Shown here piece after piece: positions 1-12,490 of a stretch of DNA of 64,000 bases. Source of the stretch: Macrostomum lignano (taxonomy: Eukaryota); NCBI GenBank assembly GCA_002269645.1, contig NIVC01002770.1, positions 1-64,000 of the forward strand, written 5' to 3'. The position numbers and the translations under genes were made by a program. Numbering within the stretch: the stretch's first letter is position 1; the number at the start of each line of letters is the position of its first letter. The notes beneath the pieces are model-generated. The model was not told the DNA's origin, ran no database searches, and was given only the letters and a program-made list of their open reading frames with translations.

Positions 1-118
1 TCTGGATCAAAGGAATTCCATGATCACAAGTTTCAGTCACAAACATTAATCCCGATATTTTTTAGTCCTAATCACGGACTTACAATAAGCTGGTTCGAAT
101 GCAAATAATTTCAAGAAG

Positions 119-745
119 TTCAAGTCCCAGGATCCCAGTTCAAGTCCCTAAGTACCCAATTCAAGTCCCAGGATCCCATTTCAAGTCCCAGGATCCCAGT
201 TCAAGTCCCAGGATCCCAGTTCAAGTCCCAGGATCCCAGTTCAAGTCCCAGGATCCTAATTCAAGTCTCAGGATCCCAGTTCGAATCCTAGAGTCCCATT
301 TCAAGTCCCAGGATCCCAGTTCAAGTCCCAGGATCCCATTTCAAGTCCCAGGATCCCAGTTAAAGTCCCAGGATCCCAGTTCAAATCCTAGAGTCCCATT
401 TCAAGTCCCAGGATCCCATTTCAAGTCCCAGGATCCTAATTCAAGTCTCAGGATCCTAATTCAAGTCCTAGGATCCCAGTTCAAATCCTAGAGTCCCATT
501 TCAAGTCCCAGGATCCCAGTTCAAGTCCTTAAGTACCCAATTCAAGTCCCAGGATCCCAGTTCAAGTCCTTAAGTACCAAATTCAAGTCCCAGGATCCCA
601 GTTCAAGTCCCAGGATCCCAGTTCAAGTCTTTAAGTACCCAATTCAAGTCCCAGGATCCCAGTTCAAGTCCCAGGATCCTAATTGAAGTCTCAAGATCCC
701 AGTTCAAGTCCCAGGATCCCAGTTTAAGTCCTAGGATCCAAATCT
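119..745. repeat. Minisatellite, 20-bp unit TTCAAGTCCCAGGATCCCAG (~30 copies, 21-bp variants)
   Basis: Directly visible tandem units; explains the spurious ORF 99..491. Confidence 0.95.
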
Positions 746-937
746 GAGTCCCAATAGCCCAGTACAATTTGAACTATCTTCTATAACATGAAGTCACGAT
801 CCAACATGAAACTTCATTGCCAGCTAAACTTACTATTTAAAATCACAGGAATTACAAGACAGCACACTACATTCCAGAAAGGTCCAAATAAAGGTGAAAG
901 CAATTTCACTGCAAAAAAATGAAAACAACAGCCTTAC

Positions 938-2488
938 CTGGCGAATTAGCGAGCCCTGACTAGAGAAGTTACTGTCTGCCTGAACATAATTGTTGGCAGG
1001 GCCAACTGGCTGAGCGGCAAGATTACCCCTGTAAGGCTGTGGTGGTTTGGGAGGAAATTTGGGGTTGAATAATCAGGGACTGTTTTTATATAATTAATAA
1101 TTAAATTAGTAGATGGTAAAAATATTTGAAAAAGTGATAGTTATGTAATTATTCAATTATAAAATCCATGGTGATTGCTACTTTATAGTCCACAATAATA
1201 AATATTGTTTCAAAGCTGCGTGATTACTTTCAATTTACTAATAACAGCTTGAAAAAAGTTTGCCTACTTTTATTTATACAATTGCTAAATAGTTTTTATA
1301 GAGCAGCTAAATATTTAAATGAAATTATGCAAGATTTCTTAGAATTTTAAGCTGCATGCACATAAGCTTTTTAAAGTTGCACAAGTTTGCTAAAAATGTG
1401 CACACAAGTGCGCAAGTTTTTGTTAGCATGCACAGAACACATCCAAGATTTTGTACAAAAATTCTATCTTGGTCAACATGGTTGAAATTTTTTGAAGCTA
1501 AAGGTTAAAATAAGTTTGAAAGTTTGATAAATGAAATATTTAAACTAGTAGTATATCACAATTGCTGATTAACTTAGCAATCAGCAATGCTAAGTTAATA
1601 TAAGCCTAACCTTTGGCAAATTGACTTTCAACAATAGGGTTTTTGGAATTTTGGGAAATAATCTTTTGGAAAATGTTTAGACTTTTTAAATGTTTTGAGT
1701 TAGTAATATTTTTAGAATGCACTTTCTAAAAATTTAAAAGCAATTTATTTTTCTCAGTTAACTGATCTTCACCAATGTCTACTATTTGCTATGTTAGCAC
1801 ATCGAAATATATCCGTCACATTTCTAACACTTTAGACTTAAAGAAATAAAAGAATACTTACATTATCTTGCCATCCAAAATTAGCGTTCATCAATTCCTT
1901 GCTTTACTTAGGAAAAGAAGTCTAACAAGGCAACAGTAAAATTGCAGCCATTAATAGACACGACAGTAGTTTTACAAACGATCAGATAATTTTTTTAAAT
2001 ACAGGTATGCAGTCGGTGTCTGTCGATAAAATGACTGTCTACTAGTACTATTGTATTTTTGTAATTTGTATCAACTTTTATTACGAAATAAAAATATTAA
2101 AAGTCGCTGAAAATTAACGTCCTTTCAACGACACTATAATAATATGAAGAAAGTAAGATTAATCGTGTTCCCTGTAAAAGCAATCAAACCACAAAATTTT
2201 TTTCTGTTTGTCTATCTATCTATCTATTACTCACTCTATATATGGACCATGAAATATAATATTTAGTGTTTTCAAATATAATATAATTTACTTGAAATTC
2301 GGAGCACAATCAATTGAAGCGAAAAAATTTTCCTGATAAAGAAAAATTGTACAAGTCTAAAACGTAAATATTTAAGAAGAAATTTTAAAAAGAGCAAAAC
2401 TTGATTATCTACTGTTTGTAGTTTTACAGTTGTTGTTTAATTACACTTACATATTTAACATCACAGTTTCCAAGAAGCTAAGCGTTTT
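938..2488 (-). CDS. Two probable exons (2451-2488, 938-1028) of an unidentified minus-strand gene continuing beyond the left edge
   Basis: Exon 2451-2488 has a long polypyrimidine tract + CCCCGCAG acceptor and a GTAAGT donor. Exon 938-1028 has a CCTTACAG acceptor and a CAG|GTAAGG donor. Phases match (AT|G) and the join is open: KTLSFLETVMLNMGNLAAQPVGPANNYVQADSNFSSQGSLIRQ. No family recognised. Confidence 0.4.
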
Positions 2489-2867
2489 CTGCGGGGATCG
2501 GTAAAGATCGAAGATGAAGAGTGAAATAAAATACTAAATTGTAATAGTAAAAAAGAATCGCTGCAACTAGGTGCGGTGGCACTTTAAAAGGTATCAATCG
2601 ATGGAATATTATAAAAGCTTTTTGAATTCCCATGCAAATTATATATTTCCAGTTTTCTACAGCTAAGGATTTCTAGCGAGATTTTGCGAGTTATTATTAA
2701 TAGTCATTTTTTTATTTGATAGCAAATCATAATACAGTCATAACAAATATAAAAGTAAGACATATTACTTTTAAAATTTTATTAAGTAATAACAAATCCC
2801 AAAGTTTTTTGCACCTTAATTTTTCTAAACTTTTGTGGTATTGGTATATTTTGCCTAGGCTCTATTA

Positions 2868-3273
2868 TAAGGTTGATAAGAAAGTTCTTGCTATTTTTTC
2901 TTCATTTCAACTAAAATGAAGGGTGCATCTTCGAGGCTCTCATCTCTCTTGCGAAAGTGGGAAAACCAGTCACAGGCACTGCATTCGGATGTGGTACCCT
3001 TGCCAAATGCAGCATTGATGCGGCGGCTAGATTTGGCAGTGGACACTCCAGATTTGAAGTTGCACAGCATTAGGCTGCAGATGTAGGGTTGGGAATGAGC
3101 CATTTTTTGGTTATTGGAGAAGTGGCTTGCTGCAATTTAGAAATGCCAAAAAATAAATCAGAAACCACCTTTTATATATGCATACCAGATCAGCCAAAGA
3201 AAGTTGCAAAACATTCTGGAAAAAACGCTTCTGGAATTTTCTAAAAATTGCAAGAACTTTCTTTTCAACCAGA
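2868..3273 (-). mobile_element. Internally deleted mariner (Tc1/mariner) element with a decayed N-terminal HTH
   Basis: ~30-bp imperfect TIRs (taaggttgataagaaagttcttgctattttt / aaaaattgcaagaactttcttttcaaccaga), TA on both flanks. ORF 2891..3103 (ICSLMLCNFKSGVSTAKSSRRINAAFGKGTTSECSACDWFSHFRKRDESLED) resembles the mariner transposase HTH. Confidence 0.8.
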
Positions 3274-3371
3274 TAGTTATTCTTACTCATTACTCGAAGT
3301 CTGAATCTGATCATTTTTGGCAAAAAATAGATTGTTAAAAATATTATCAGCTTTAGACTTTTATATTTTAC

Positions 3372-3638
3372 TAGTGGCATAGCCAGGGGCTGCCCCTCCC
3401 CAATTGCCTAGTAGAGGGTAGGGTTGGGTGCAGTAAGTACCAAAAAACATGAGGCAATTAAGTGCCTGTGATGCTAAAATGAGTGTCTGCAGCACTAAAA
3501 TGAGTGCCTGCAACACTAAAATGAGTGCCTGTGGCACCACAGTAAGTGCCTGTAGTGCCAAAAGTGGCAATGGCATAAGGCATAGCCAGCTAGGCCAACT
3601 CGCCCTCCCCCCAATTGAAATTCTTGGCTATGCCACTA
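3372..3638. mobile_element. hAT-type MITE
   Basis: 14-bp perfect TIR TAGTGGCATAGCCA / TGGCTATGCCACTA; exact 8-bp TSD TATTTTAC at 3364-3371 and 3639-3646; internal 21-bp tandem units. Confidence 0.85.
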
Positions 3639-4805
3639 TATTTTACAGAAGTCCATAAAATATGGAATGCTATAGTCTGGATCATGCCAGGTGCATACCT
3701 GAACAAAAATTGAATAATTAGGCCTACAAATCTATACCAAACAACAAATTAAGTGCATGCCCATTCTCAAAACTATGCTGGTGTTGCAACAATAAATGAC
3801 CTTTTTTATATTGTGACTATAAATGACCTTTTTTAATTGTGTAATAGACCCCTTTTTGGCAAATGATTTGATTGATTTTTATACTTTTTGGCTATACTAA
3901 AGGGTCTATTAATAGCAAAAAATCAATACATACAAAGATTTGCTTAAATACTTTACTACATTGTGACAGTGTAATTCATAATTTCGCAGAAGCATCTGTA
4001 TCATATTTCTTTATCTCAATTGCATATGCTACTATTACTATATTCTTTCATTTATTTTAACAATATTCCATACATACTTTTATTGTACTTATTTTGCTGT
4101 TAATTGTTATTTCTCATAGCCTCATATGTATTTATTCTATTATTTGTATTTCATTCATAACATTATTATTTCTCATAAAGTAGTTCTATTTATGTACATG
4201 TACTGACATTATAATATTCTTGCACAATATATTTTATTGACTAATTTGTACATGTACAGTGCACGTGGGGCTCAGGCTTGTCTGGGTTTTGGATTAGGGT
4301 CATTGTTGTTATCTGTTTACCTACCAATTAAATATATGCTTACACTTGCAGTCAGTGGCTGCTTGCTCTTTTGCCCTTTTCTCCCTTGTTGCTTTGCTTC
4401 TCGCTCTAGGCTTGCAAACCCCTTAGCTATCCAGCCTCCTTGCCTCAACTCTTCTGCCGCCTACCTTGGCCCAAATAATTAATCAACTGATCCCAATCCT
4501 AGCAATTTTCTATATATCTAAATCTAAGCTGTCTTAAATAACACTATAAGTCTAAGGAGGAAAGCGGCCTACCGATCTGCTAAACTAAATTGTGAACTAT
4601 CTAATTACCTGCTACACAAAAACGTCTTCCTGCTTTTATTTATCACAACATGCCTAAAAACCCAGAGAGCTTGAAATTTATGCTTAAAAATGAACTTTTT
4701 CATTTTTTTCTACTTTACAATAACTGTTTCTCATGATTCTATAAAGTGTATGCTAGGTATGCAAATACTATTTTCTTAGGAGTGATGCATGCCAATTATA
4801 TATGC

Positions 4806-5477
4806 CCCCTATTGGAATAAGTTGACAAAACACAGACGACTGTCCGTTGCATTTTCGGATTCTCCTGGTGTCACGTCGCGCGACAGTGGTGTCAAGTGGT
4901 GTGTCGCGTCGCGCGACACTGGAAACCTGGTGTCATCATGCGTCGCGTCGCGGCCTGGACCTGTAGCCAAAACCTTGCAAACTGTGTTTCATTGTAATAT
5001 GTTCTCGGTTGTTTCTCGTATTTAAATGTTTCAAACATGTTTGATAATAACAAGTTCTTGAGTTGTTTTCTTTTTTATTTTGACAGTAAAGTAACTAATA
5101 CTTCAAATATAATTTTTATAAATGTTACTTGTTAGTTACAATGTGTGCGCTGTTTTTCTAAGTGTTATACCTTTGTTCTTTTACTGTTTATTGTTTTTAA
5201 ATTTCTTTTCTTTTTCCGCGAAATTGAAAGGAATACTCTCGTCCCTCGCCCCATGTTTTCGGTGTCGGGAGTGAACAGCAGAACAGGAATTGTCAATTGC
5301 AATGTGGCTGCTGTGGCGTCCCCCCCCCCTGGTCATTCAGTCAACAGACATTGGTGTTGTGTCGCGCGTTGCTGCCCCCCCAGTCAACAAAATTTGGTGT
5401 CGCGTCGCGCTTTTGAGGGCACAATTTTGGCACCCGTGTCGCACGTCCGCGGGTTTTTGAAACTTAATCCAATAGGG
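4806..5477. mobile_element. Non-autonomous TIR element with GTCGCG-rich subterminal repeats (superfamily unassigned)
   Basis: Imperfect ~30-bp TIRs (ccctattggaataagttgacaaaac / gtttttgaaacttaatccaataggg); repeated gtgtcgcgtcgcg motifs near both ends; no convincing TSD. Confidence 0.55.
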
Positions 5478-6579
5478 TATGTGCCTACTTTTGGTGTGCA
5501 AGGCCAATCCATGCCCAAAAATACTATATCATCCCAAATATGGATAGAATGCAATATTCTTATATCCCACTAAACATAGACAAGCTTTTATATTTTATAA
5601 AGTAGAATGAAATATCTTAGGCTTGGCTTACCACATAGGCCTAGTATTTTGTAGATTTTGTATTGCATTGATTAGCAGTAACAGTGTAGACAAGGAGCAA
5701 AAGGTTGCTGTCCTTGGGTGACTATCTTTCTATCCACCTAGGTGGCAACCATGACTACCTTCCCATCCCAACTATTATGTTTTTAGTAAAAGCTCATTAT
5801 ATGGATTTTTGTGAGATTTTAGTGTAATACGCTATTCTAATTTTTTTAGGGAAAGGGGTGACCACCCAACTACAACCCCCTTAATCAGAAATGCTATGCT
5901 ACCACAGTTAATTAAAGTATAGTTTTTATTGCATAAAGTATACCCTAGGCTTAGTGCTTATTTTTAGAGAATTTTTAGGTTTTAAAAAATTAAAATTGAA
6001 ATCAATTTTGGTTAGAATTTTCATAAACTAAAATAGATAATATTATTGAATTTAGAGATGGACCAAAAGCTGAATTTCAATCAAAATCAAAAGTTGGCAA
6101 CTTTCAAAATTGAAATAATTTTAGAAAGTTTTGAGTTCTAAATGTTTTAATTATTATAGAATTTAGTATTTAGTACAATAGATTCAATTAACTTAACTGT
6201 CCCATTAAATTTATTAATGTGTGCTGAATACATACCTAAATTTGAACATTGAATTTTCCATGAAAGATTTTCAAGTATCTTAAAGACTGCAAGCAAGGCG
6301 AATTAGCGTATTGTAAAGCAATTATTTAACATAAAATTTAAAACATTTATATATTGAATTGATTTAAGTGTATTTTATATTGATTGGCAACCTATTGTTA
6401 GTACATTAATAAGAAAGTTTATACAAAAATAAGATAATTATTATATGGACATATAATTGCAGCATTATTGTATATATATGTGGCTATAATTGTAGCTTTG
6501 CACTGTAGGTAGTTATAATATATACTTAACAAGTTTTTTGGTTGACAGCCTGCATTTATAAGTTAAAGGCACTTAAATG

Positions 6580-7800
6580 CTAAATTTCATTATATAAATT
6601 TCTATCAATAAATGATAGCATTTGTGCTGTCTCTAATGAAAGCCAATTTCTCTTTTTTGTAACAATGAGAATTTCTGCATTGAAGAGCCAGTCTGAATTG
6701 GTGCTAGATAGTGGCATGGCAAAGAACCTATGAGCTACTTTGACTAGCAGTGGATACTTGAAGCAGTTCACCAACCAGTGTAGCATGTTGGCCATCTGCA
6801 TTTTGCATCTTGAAGCCTAGACAAAGGCACTTCACAAGTGTAGTGATGCAGCTCATCAGCTGCAAAAACTTGCAACTGGCACCTTAGCTTAGGTGAGCTG
6901 TGCCCCACAGGACTAGACCAATTGTCAAAGGCTTTAAGGTTAAAAATGGCTAAGTAGCTTAGAGCATCAGCTATGACAGTATTGATGCTGTTATCTGCTA
7001 GTCTGCTTTTGCTAGGTGCGCAAAGAACTGCTTCATGAGCACAAAGCACACTGGCCAAGTCTCCCTGGAATCCAAGGTGAAATGATAAATATCTCATTTA
7101 CCTATTAACCTATGTATCATTTGTGTACATAGATTACTTGGGCTCCACTTGATGAGCTTAAGTTGACAGGTCCTTTTGCAGCTTGTGAATCATATAGGAC
7201 ATATGTGGGACCTAATAAGATGTCTAAAAAAGACAAAAAAATGTATCTAGGTGCCAAATGAAAAGGTCCATTGGCAGGTGGTACAGGCGCCAAATGAAGG
7301 TCTATTGGCACTAAAATGAAGACCTAGGTGCAAAAATGTTAGAGTTTTTAAATTTTATCCTTACTTGGAGTTTGTGGCAAGCAAGTTGCATGGCAGAGCC
7401 TTTGTCAATAACAACTTTCATCAGTTTTTCTAGCACATTCTAGTTGCTCAAGACATTCTTCAAGGAGCTTACAATGTTCATTCCAGATGAAGCACTGTTG
7501 ATAGGTGCACTACAAAGGATTGCCTTATATAGCTTAAATTCATCAATAATTGCATGAACTATCAGGCTGACAATGGACCACTTTCCTTGCATTGATGTTT
7601 ATTTGTTGCTCATGCATGCAACTGCATCAACCCCATCTAACAGAGTTCAAACAGACAAGCAGACCTCTTTATAAATGGTGGGTACAACAACTTCTTCAAA
7701 ATGCTTGTGTGATGATGCCAGAAATTTCAAAAGAGTAAAGAAGCCTGGATTTTCAACAAATGTGAATAGTAGGTGATCCACTGCTAATATCTTTCCTATT
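6580..7800 (-). mobile_element. Degenerate hAT transposase remnant
   Basis: Minus-strand fragments: LAVDHLLFTFVENPGFFTLLKFL (~7700-7790), VVIDKGSAM (TDNxxNM-like, ~7400) and a C-terminal dimerisation domain (LHWLVNCFKYPLLVKVAHRFFAMPLSSTNSDWLF...KRNWLSLETAQMLSFI, 6580-6780). Many stops and frameshifts. Confidence 0.8.
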
Positions 7801-9180
7801 TTGGGTATTAAAGACAAAAGTAGCAAACATTCCTTAGCTAGCTATACTATGCAATACATTTTTATTTATTGTATTTATTATACTGTGAAATTTATTAAAT
7901 TAGATTTTTCTTATCTTCTTTTCTCTTTTATATCAAATACATATACTATTTAGCTAGAATTCTAGAAGCATACTTTTATTAGAAAATGAATAAATCATAG
8001 ATTTTTCCAAATTCAATTATGGAATATTCCAATTCATTCATTTTTTCTAGTATCAAAAATAAAAAAATCAAATCTAGTTTTTCTTTTATTGACATTACCC
8101 CACAATCACTCAAGTTTTTAAAAGTAAGTAGTTTAATTATATTTTATTTTAGCTACATATATGCAATATTTAATGATAGTCATGCTTTAAAAAATAGATA
8201 GTCAATTTAATGCAATTAAGCAAAAGCTTGCAAACATTTTTGAATATTTGGTATATCTATATATTTGATTGCTAATATGCACAATTTCTTGCCTCATTTT
8301 ATGTTGTATACATTATTATTTTTGTTTGTTTGGCAGTCAGAAATTGTTTGGAACAAGCCTAAGAGCCCAATGAATTTTCTCTAAAATGACCAATTTTCTA
8401 AGTACCAAAACAGAATATTGAATCTTCATTCCATAGCTCTGATTATTGTATACTTTTTAAAGATAATTTTGTTGTTGGGGTTAACTTCTGCCCTTCTGAA
8501 GTGTTTCTACTTTCTGAACTAATGCCACCGATTAGCCACCAAAGTTGAGACAGGGTTACTTTCTGTGTTAATGAAATCCTATTGATACCACCAAAGCAGT
8601 CCTATTCTTACTCCATGAATGTTCCACCTTTTCTGTTAAGCCATTAATTTGTATTATAATTACCTTCTGAGCATGGGTTTTAGAATCTAGACCTAAGCAT
8701 TGGTCTGAGTGTATATCTGAGTATATTCCTTACTCCTTACTGGTAGCATTTGTACTCCGAACTGGTAGCATTATTGGTATGTCTTGGCGGTATATTACTG
8801 GTACTAGTATATGTATTGTATGTATATTTATCTCTTCGGTCCTGGGCGTTCCCGAGATTAGAGGGTGACAGCCTTCGGTATTCTATATGTATGCTTTGAG
8901 ATCTACTTCGTCTCCTTTTGCTTCGGTTTTCTACTTATCAGTAGTATATACGGTACATGTTCCTTCCACTTCACTTCACTGAAAAAGTTACTGGGTCGAA
9001 TTGAATCTCTATTTCTGCCAATTAGCAACAGTTTATCGCAACAGGTGCAGCATGCCTAATTTGAGCAATTTAGTCGTTGTTTAAATTAAAGAAAACCTGT
9101 AATATTGAAAGCAACAATAATTTCCTGAAAGTCAGCTGTGTTCTTTTTTCGAAGCAATTTCAATTCTAACATTGACTGGC

Positions 9181-11595
9181 ATGCCGCGTGGCGGGCGCCA
9201 ACAGAGAGGCTGGGGCAGCCATATGCTCAACGGGGTGCCGTTCGAGCTGCGCTGGAAGCCGCGCCAGCTGCCCGATCTGCCCGAGTCGCCGCCGCCGGTT
9301 CGGCCGCAGCTGCTGGCCAGCTGGTCCGGCTGCGACTACGACTTCGGCCTGGAGCACCGGGTGCTGTACCCGCCGGAGGCGGCTGCGGCTAAGGAGCAAG
9401 ATGCCGCAAGAAGCAGCAGCAGCAGCAGACAAACGACGCAAAAGTTGCACCAGTCTCCAAAGCTGAGAAAAGTTCTCAGGTTAATTCGACAAAGTCAACA
9501 GGTAATGAAGATTTACAACCTACTAAAAGAAACGGTTACCTGCCCCAGCCGCCGTCGGTGTCTCAAAGTTCAATAAGTACTTTCAACATGTCTAAGGACC
9601 CGCTGAAGCCGCAGCCAGTCATAGCGGCAGCGGCCGTCAGTGCATCCACCGACAAGGCTTCGTTCAGCATCAACTCGTTGAAAGATTTCGACCGAATCGA
9701 CGATCCGTTTGACGAAGCGGAGCTGCGCACCATTGACGACATGGCCGAGTTGAAGAACGCTCTGAGCGGCTTCGCTGCTCGCGGTTGCGCCGTCGACGTT
9801 AGCGACGATTCTAGCAGCGGCGGCGGGCAGAGCAATCGGTCGCCGGTGCCCAGCGTTCACGAGATCACATTCCCGAAGCTGAGCCTTGGCCCGGATTCGC
9901 CAACTACATCTGAGTCACCGCCTGTGACTTCGACTACTGCAGCTGCCTTGCCCCAGCCTCCGCCTCCGCTTTATCAGGCAGCGGCGATGGCTGTTTCGAC
10001 GGCTCCGGTGTCGATGCCGCCGCCTCCGCCACCGCAGCCTCTTCCACCTTCATCAGTCGTATCCACTGCGCCAGTGTCAATACCTCATCAGTTTCACCTG
10101 TCGTCGTCGCAGCCCCGAGCCCCGTGGAGCTCCTCGATGAATTTCGGTGGCCAAATCGCAGCCGCTACGGCTGACAGTTTCCGATCGGCCAGCCATCCCG
10201 ACCTGGCGTCGGCTGCTACCGCGGGACCACCGCCTGTTCAACAGCAACAGCAACAGCAACCCGCCCAGCAAACAAAGACTAGTAACGCAAAGACTGCAAC
10301 TTATTCAAAACCGTCCGGCCCGGATCCCTACCCCGACTTGGGCGTGCTTGAACGATTCAAAGTAGACAGCCTGTGCGCTATGGGTTTTCCCCGTGATCGA
10401 GCCGCCCGCGCAGTTGCCCGACTCGGCATGGCCGACGACGAACTCGTCGCTTATTTGTGCCGGATCGACCGGATTGTTGAGGCCTGCGGGGTGTCGCCTC
10501 CGGATGCGGAGAATTCCATCCGGTTGCTGGGCTCGGAGGCTAAGGTGCGTTGAGTGGTAGCTTTAAATCATTGACTGGACACATGGAGACCTTGGGGTGG
10601 CCCACCCAGACCTTTGACTTGATCCACACTGTCCCTTGACTCACTCAAACCCTTGACTCACTCAGACCCTTGACTTGACCCACTCAGACCCTTGACTCAC
10701 TCAGACCCTTGACTTGACCCACTCAGACCCTTGACTCACTCAGACCCTTGACTCACTCAGACCCTTGACTCACTCAGACCCTTGACTTGACCCACCCAGA
10801 TCCTTGATCCACCCCGACCCTTGACTTAACCCACTCAGACCCTTGACTCACTCAGACCCTTGACTCACTCAGACCCTTGACTCACTCAGACCCTTGACTC
10901 ACTCAGACCCTTGACTCACTCAGACCCTTGACTCACTCAGACCCTTGACTCACTCAGACCCTTGACTCACTCAGACCCTTGACTCACTCAGACCCTTGAC
11001 TTGACCCACTCAGACCCTTGACCCACCCAGATCCTTGATCCACCCCAACCCTTGACTTGACCCACACAGACCCTTGACTCACTCAGACCCTTGACTTGAC
11101 CCACACAGACCCTTGACTTGACCCACACAGACCCTTGACTCACTCAGACACTTGACTTGACCCACACAGACCCTTGACTTGACCCACACAGACCCTTGAC
11201 TTGACCCACTCAGACCCTTGAGCCACCCAGTTCCTTGACCCACACAGACCCTTGACTTGACCCACACGGACCTTTGACTTGACCCACCACGCTCGTAAGA
11301 CACTTGGACTGACCCACTAACGGCTCTCTAAGACACAGAAGTGACCTACCCAAGCCCTTGACTTGACCCACTAAGACACTTGAACCGACCCACTAACGGC
11401 TCTCTAAGACACGGAAGTGACCCGCCCAAGCCTTGTCAATCATTCCAGGCCATTCGCTACCTTCATCTGCGCGCCGAGATGCTGGAATTTGGCTTCAGCC
11501 AAGACGACATCGCGGCGGCTGCCTTGGCCTCGAACCTGGATCGGGACCGGACTGTGGCCCTCCTGCTCAAGCAGAATGGACTCTCCTTAAACTGA
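9181..11595 (+). CDS. UBAP1: Ubiquitin-associated protein 1 (ESCRT-I subunit); exons 9181-10544 and 11449-11595, with an apparent 1-nt frameshift near 9405-9410
   Basis: N-terminal UMA-like motif (MLNGVPFELRW...DYDFGLEHRVL), central DFDRIDDPFDEAELRTIDDMAELKNAL motif, C-terminal UBA repeats (LCAMGFPRDRAARAV...; YLHLRAEMLEFGFSQDDI). Phase-0 intron AAG|GTGCGT...TTCCAG|GCC. Confidence 0.85.
10608..11290. repeat. Intronic minisatellite, 17/22-bp units (GACCCTTGACTCACTCA)
   Basis: Tandem units fill most of the UBAP1 intron. Confidence 0.95.
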
Positions 11596-12165
11596 TGGCT
11601 TTGTTTTATTAATAATACCGATTTTGAGTGGAATAACGTTAGTGGTTGTGAGTCATGAGTGCTAATTGTTCCGTTTGTTATTTAATAAATTTTTTAATGC
11701 AACAATTGCTCTATTCAGCCTAACCAGAAAAACTGACCCACGTGCGCTTTCATTAATTGCTACACAGAGCTATAAAATAAATTTTGGAATCATTAAATAT
11801 CGCATGTTGGGTATTGGGTAATATGTAATTCCTTGCTATATGATCTTATTTCTGCTGTTTTTGTGCGTTTTTACCCAGTAATTGAAAAGAGATATAATTT
11901 CTTTGAGTTCAGATAAGAGAGTTATATTAGGAATTGTACTTATATATTTATATATATTCTGCCAACGTGTGCACAATTTCACTACGTGTAAGAAATAATG
12001 CGCAAAGCCAAAAGCGTACAGTCCCTTTCGCTTACGTGCGAGTGTACACTCCCACTCACACACAGCCCTCACACACACAGTTCTCACACAGCGTGACTGC
12101 TGGGCACCGGAGACCCATTGCTCTGCCCGCCTCACACAGCCCTCACACTGCATTCGCTCCTGTCT

Positions 12166-12490
12166 CCCTCACCCACCCTTCAATGTACACTCCCTCTCAA
12201 CCCTCACCCACCCCTTTTAATGTACACTCTCTCTCAACCCTCACCCACCCCTTTTAATGTACACTCCCTCTCAACCCTCACCCACCCCTTTTAATGTACA
12301 CTCCCTCTCAACCCTCACCCACCCCTTTTAATGTACACTCCCTCTCAACCCTCACCCACCCCTTTTAATGTACACTCCCTCTCGACCCTCACCCACCCCT
12401 TTTAATGTACACTCCCTCTCAACCCTCACCCACCCCTTTTAATGTACACTCCCTCTCAACCCTCACCCACCCCTTAATGTACATTCCCTC
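12166..12490. repeat. Minisatellite, 37-bp unit CCCTCACCCACCCCTTTTAATGTACACTCCCTCTCAA (~9 copies, decaying rightwards)
   Basis: Directly visible. Confidence 0.95.
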
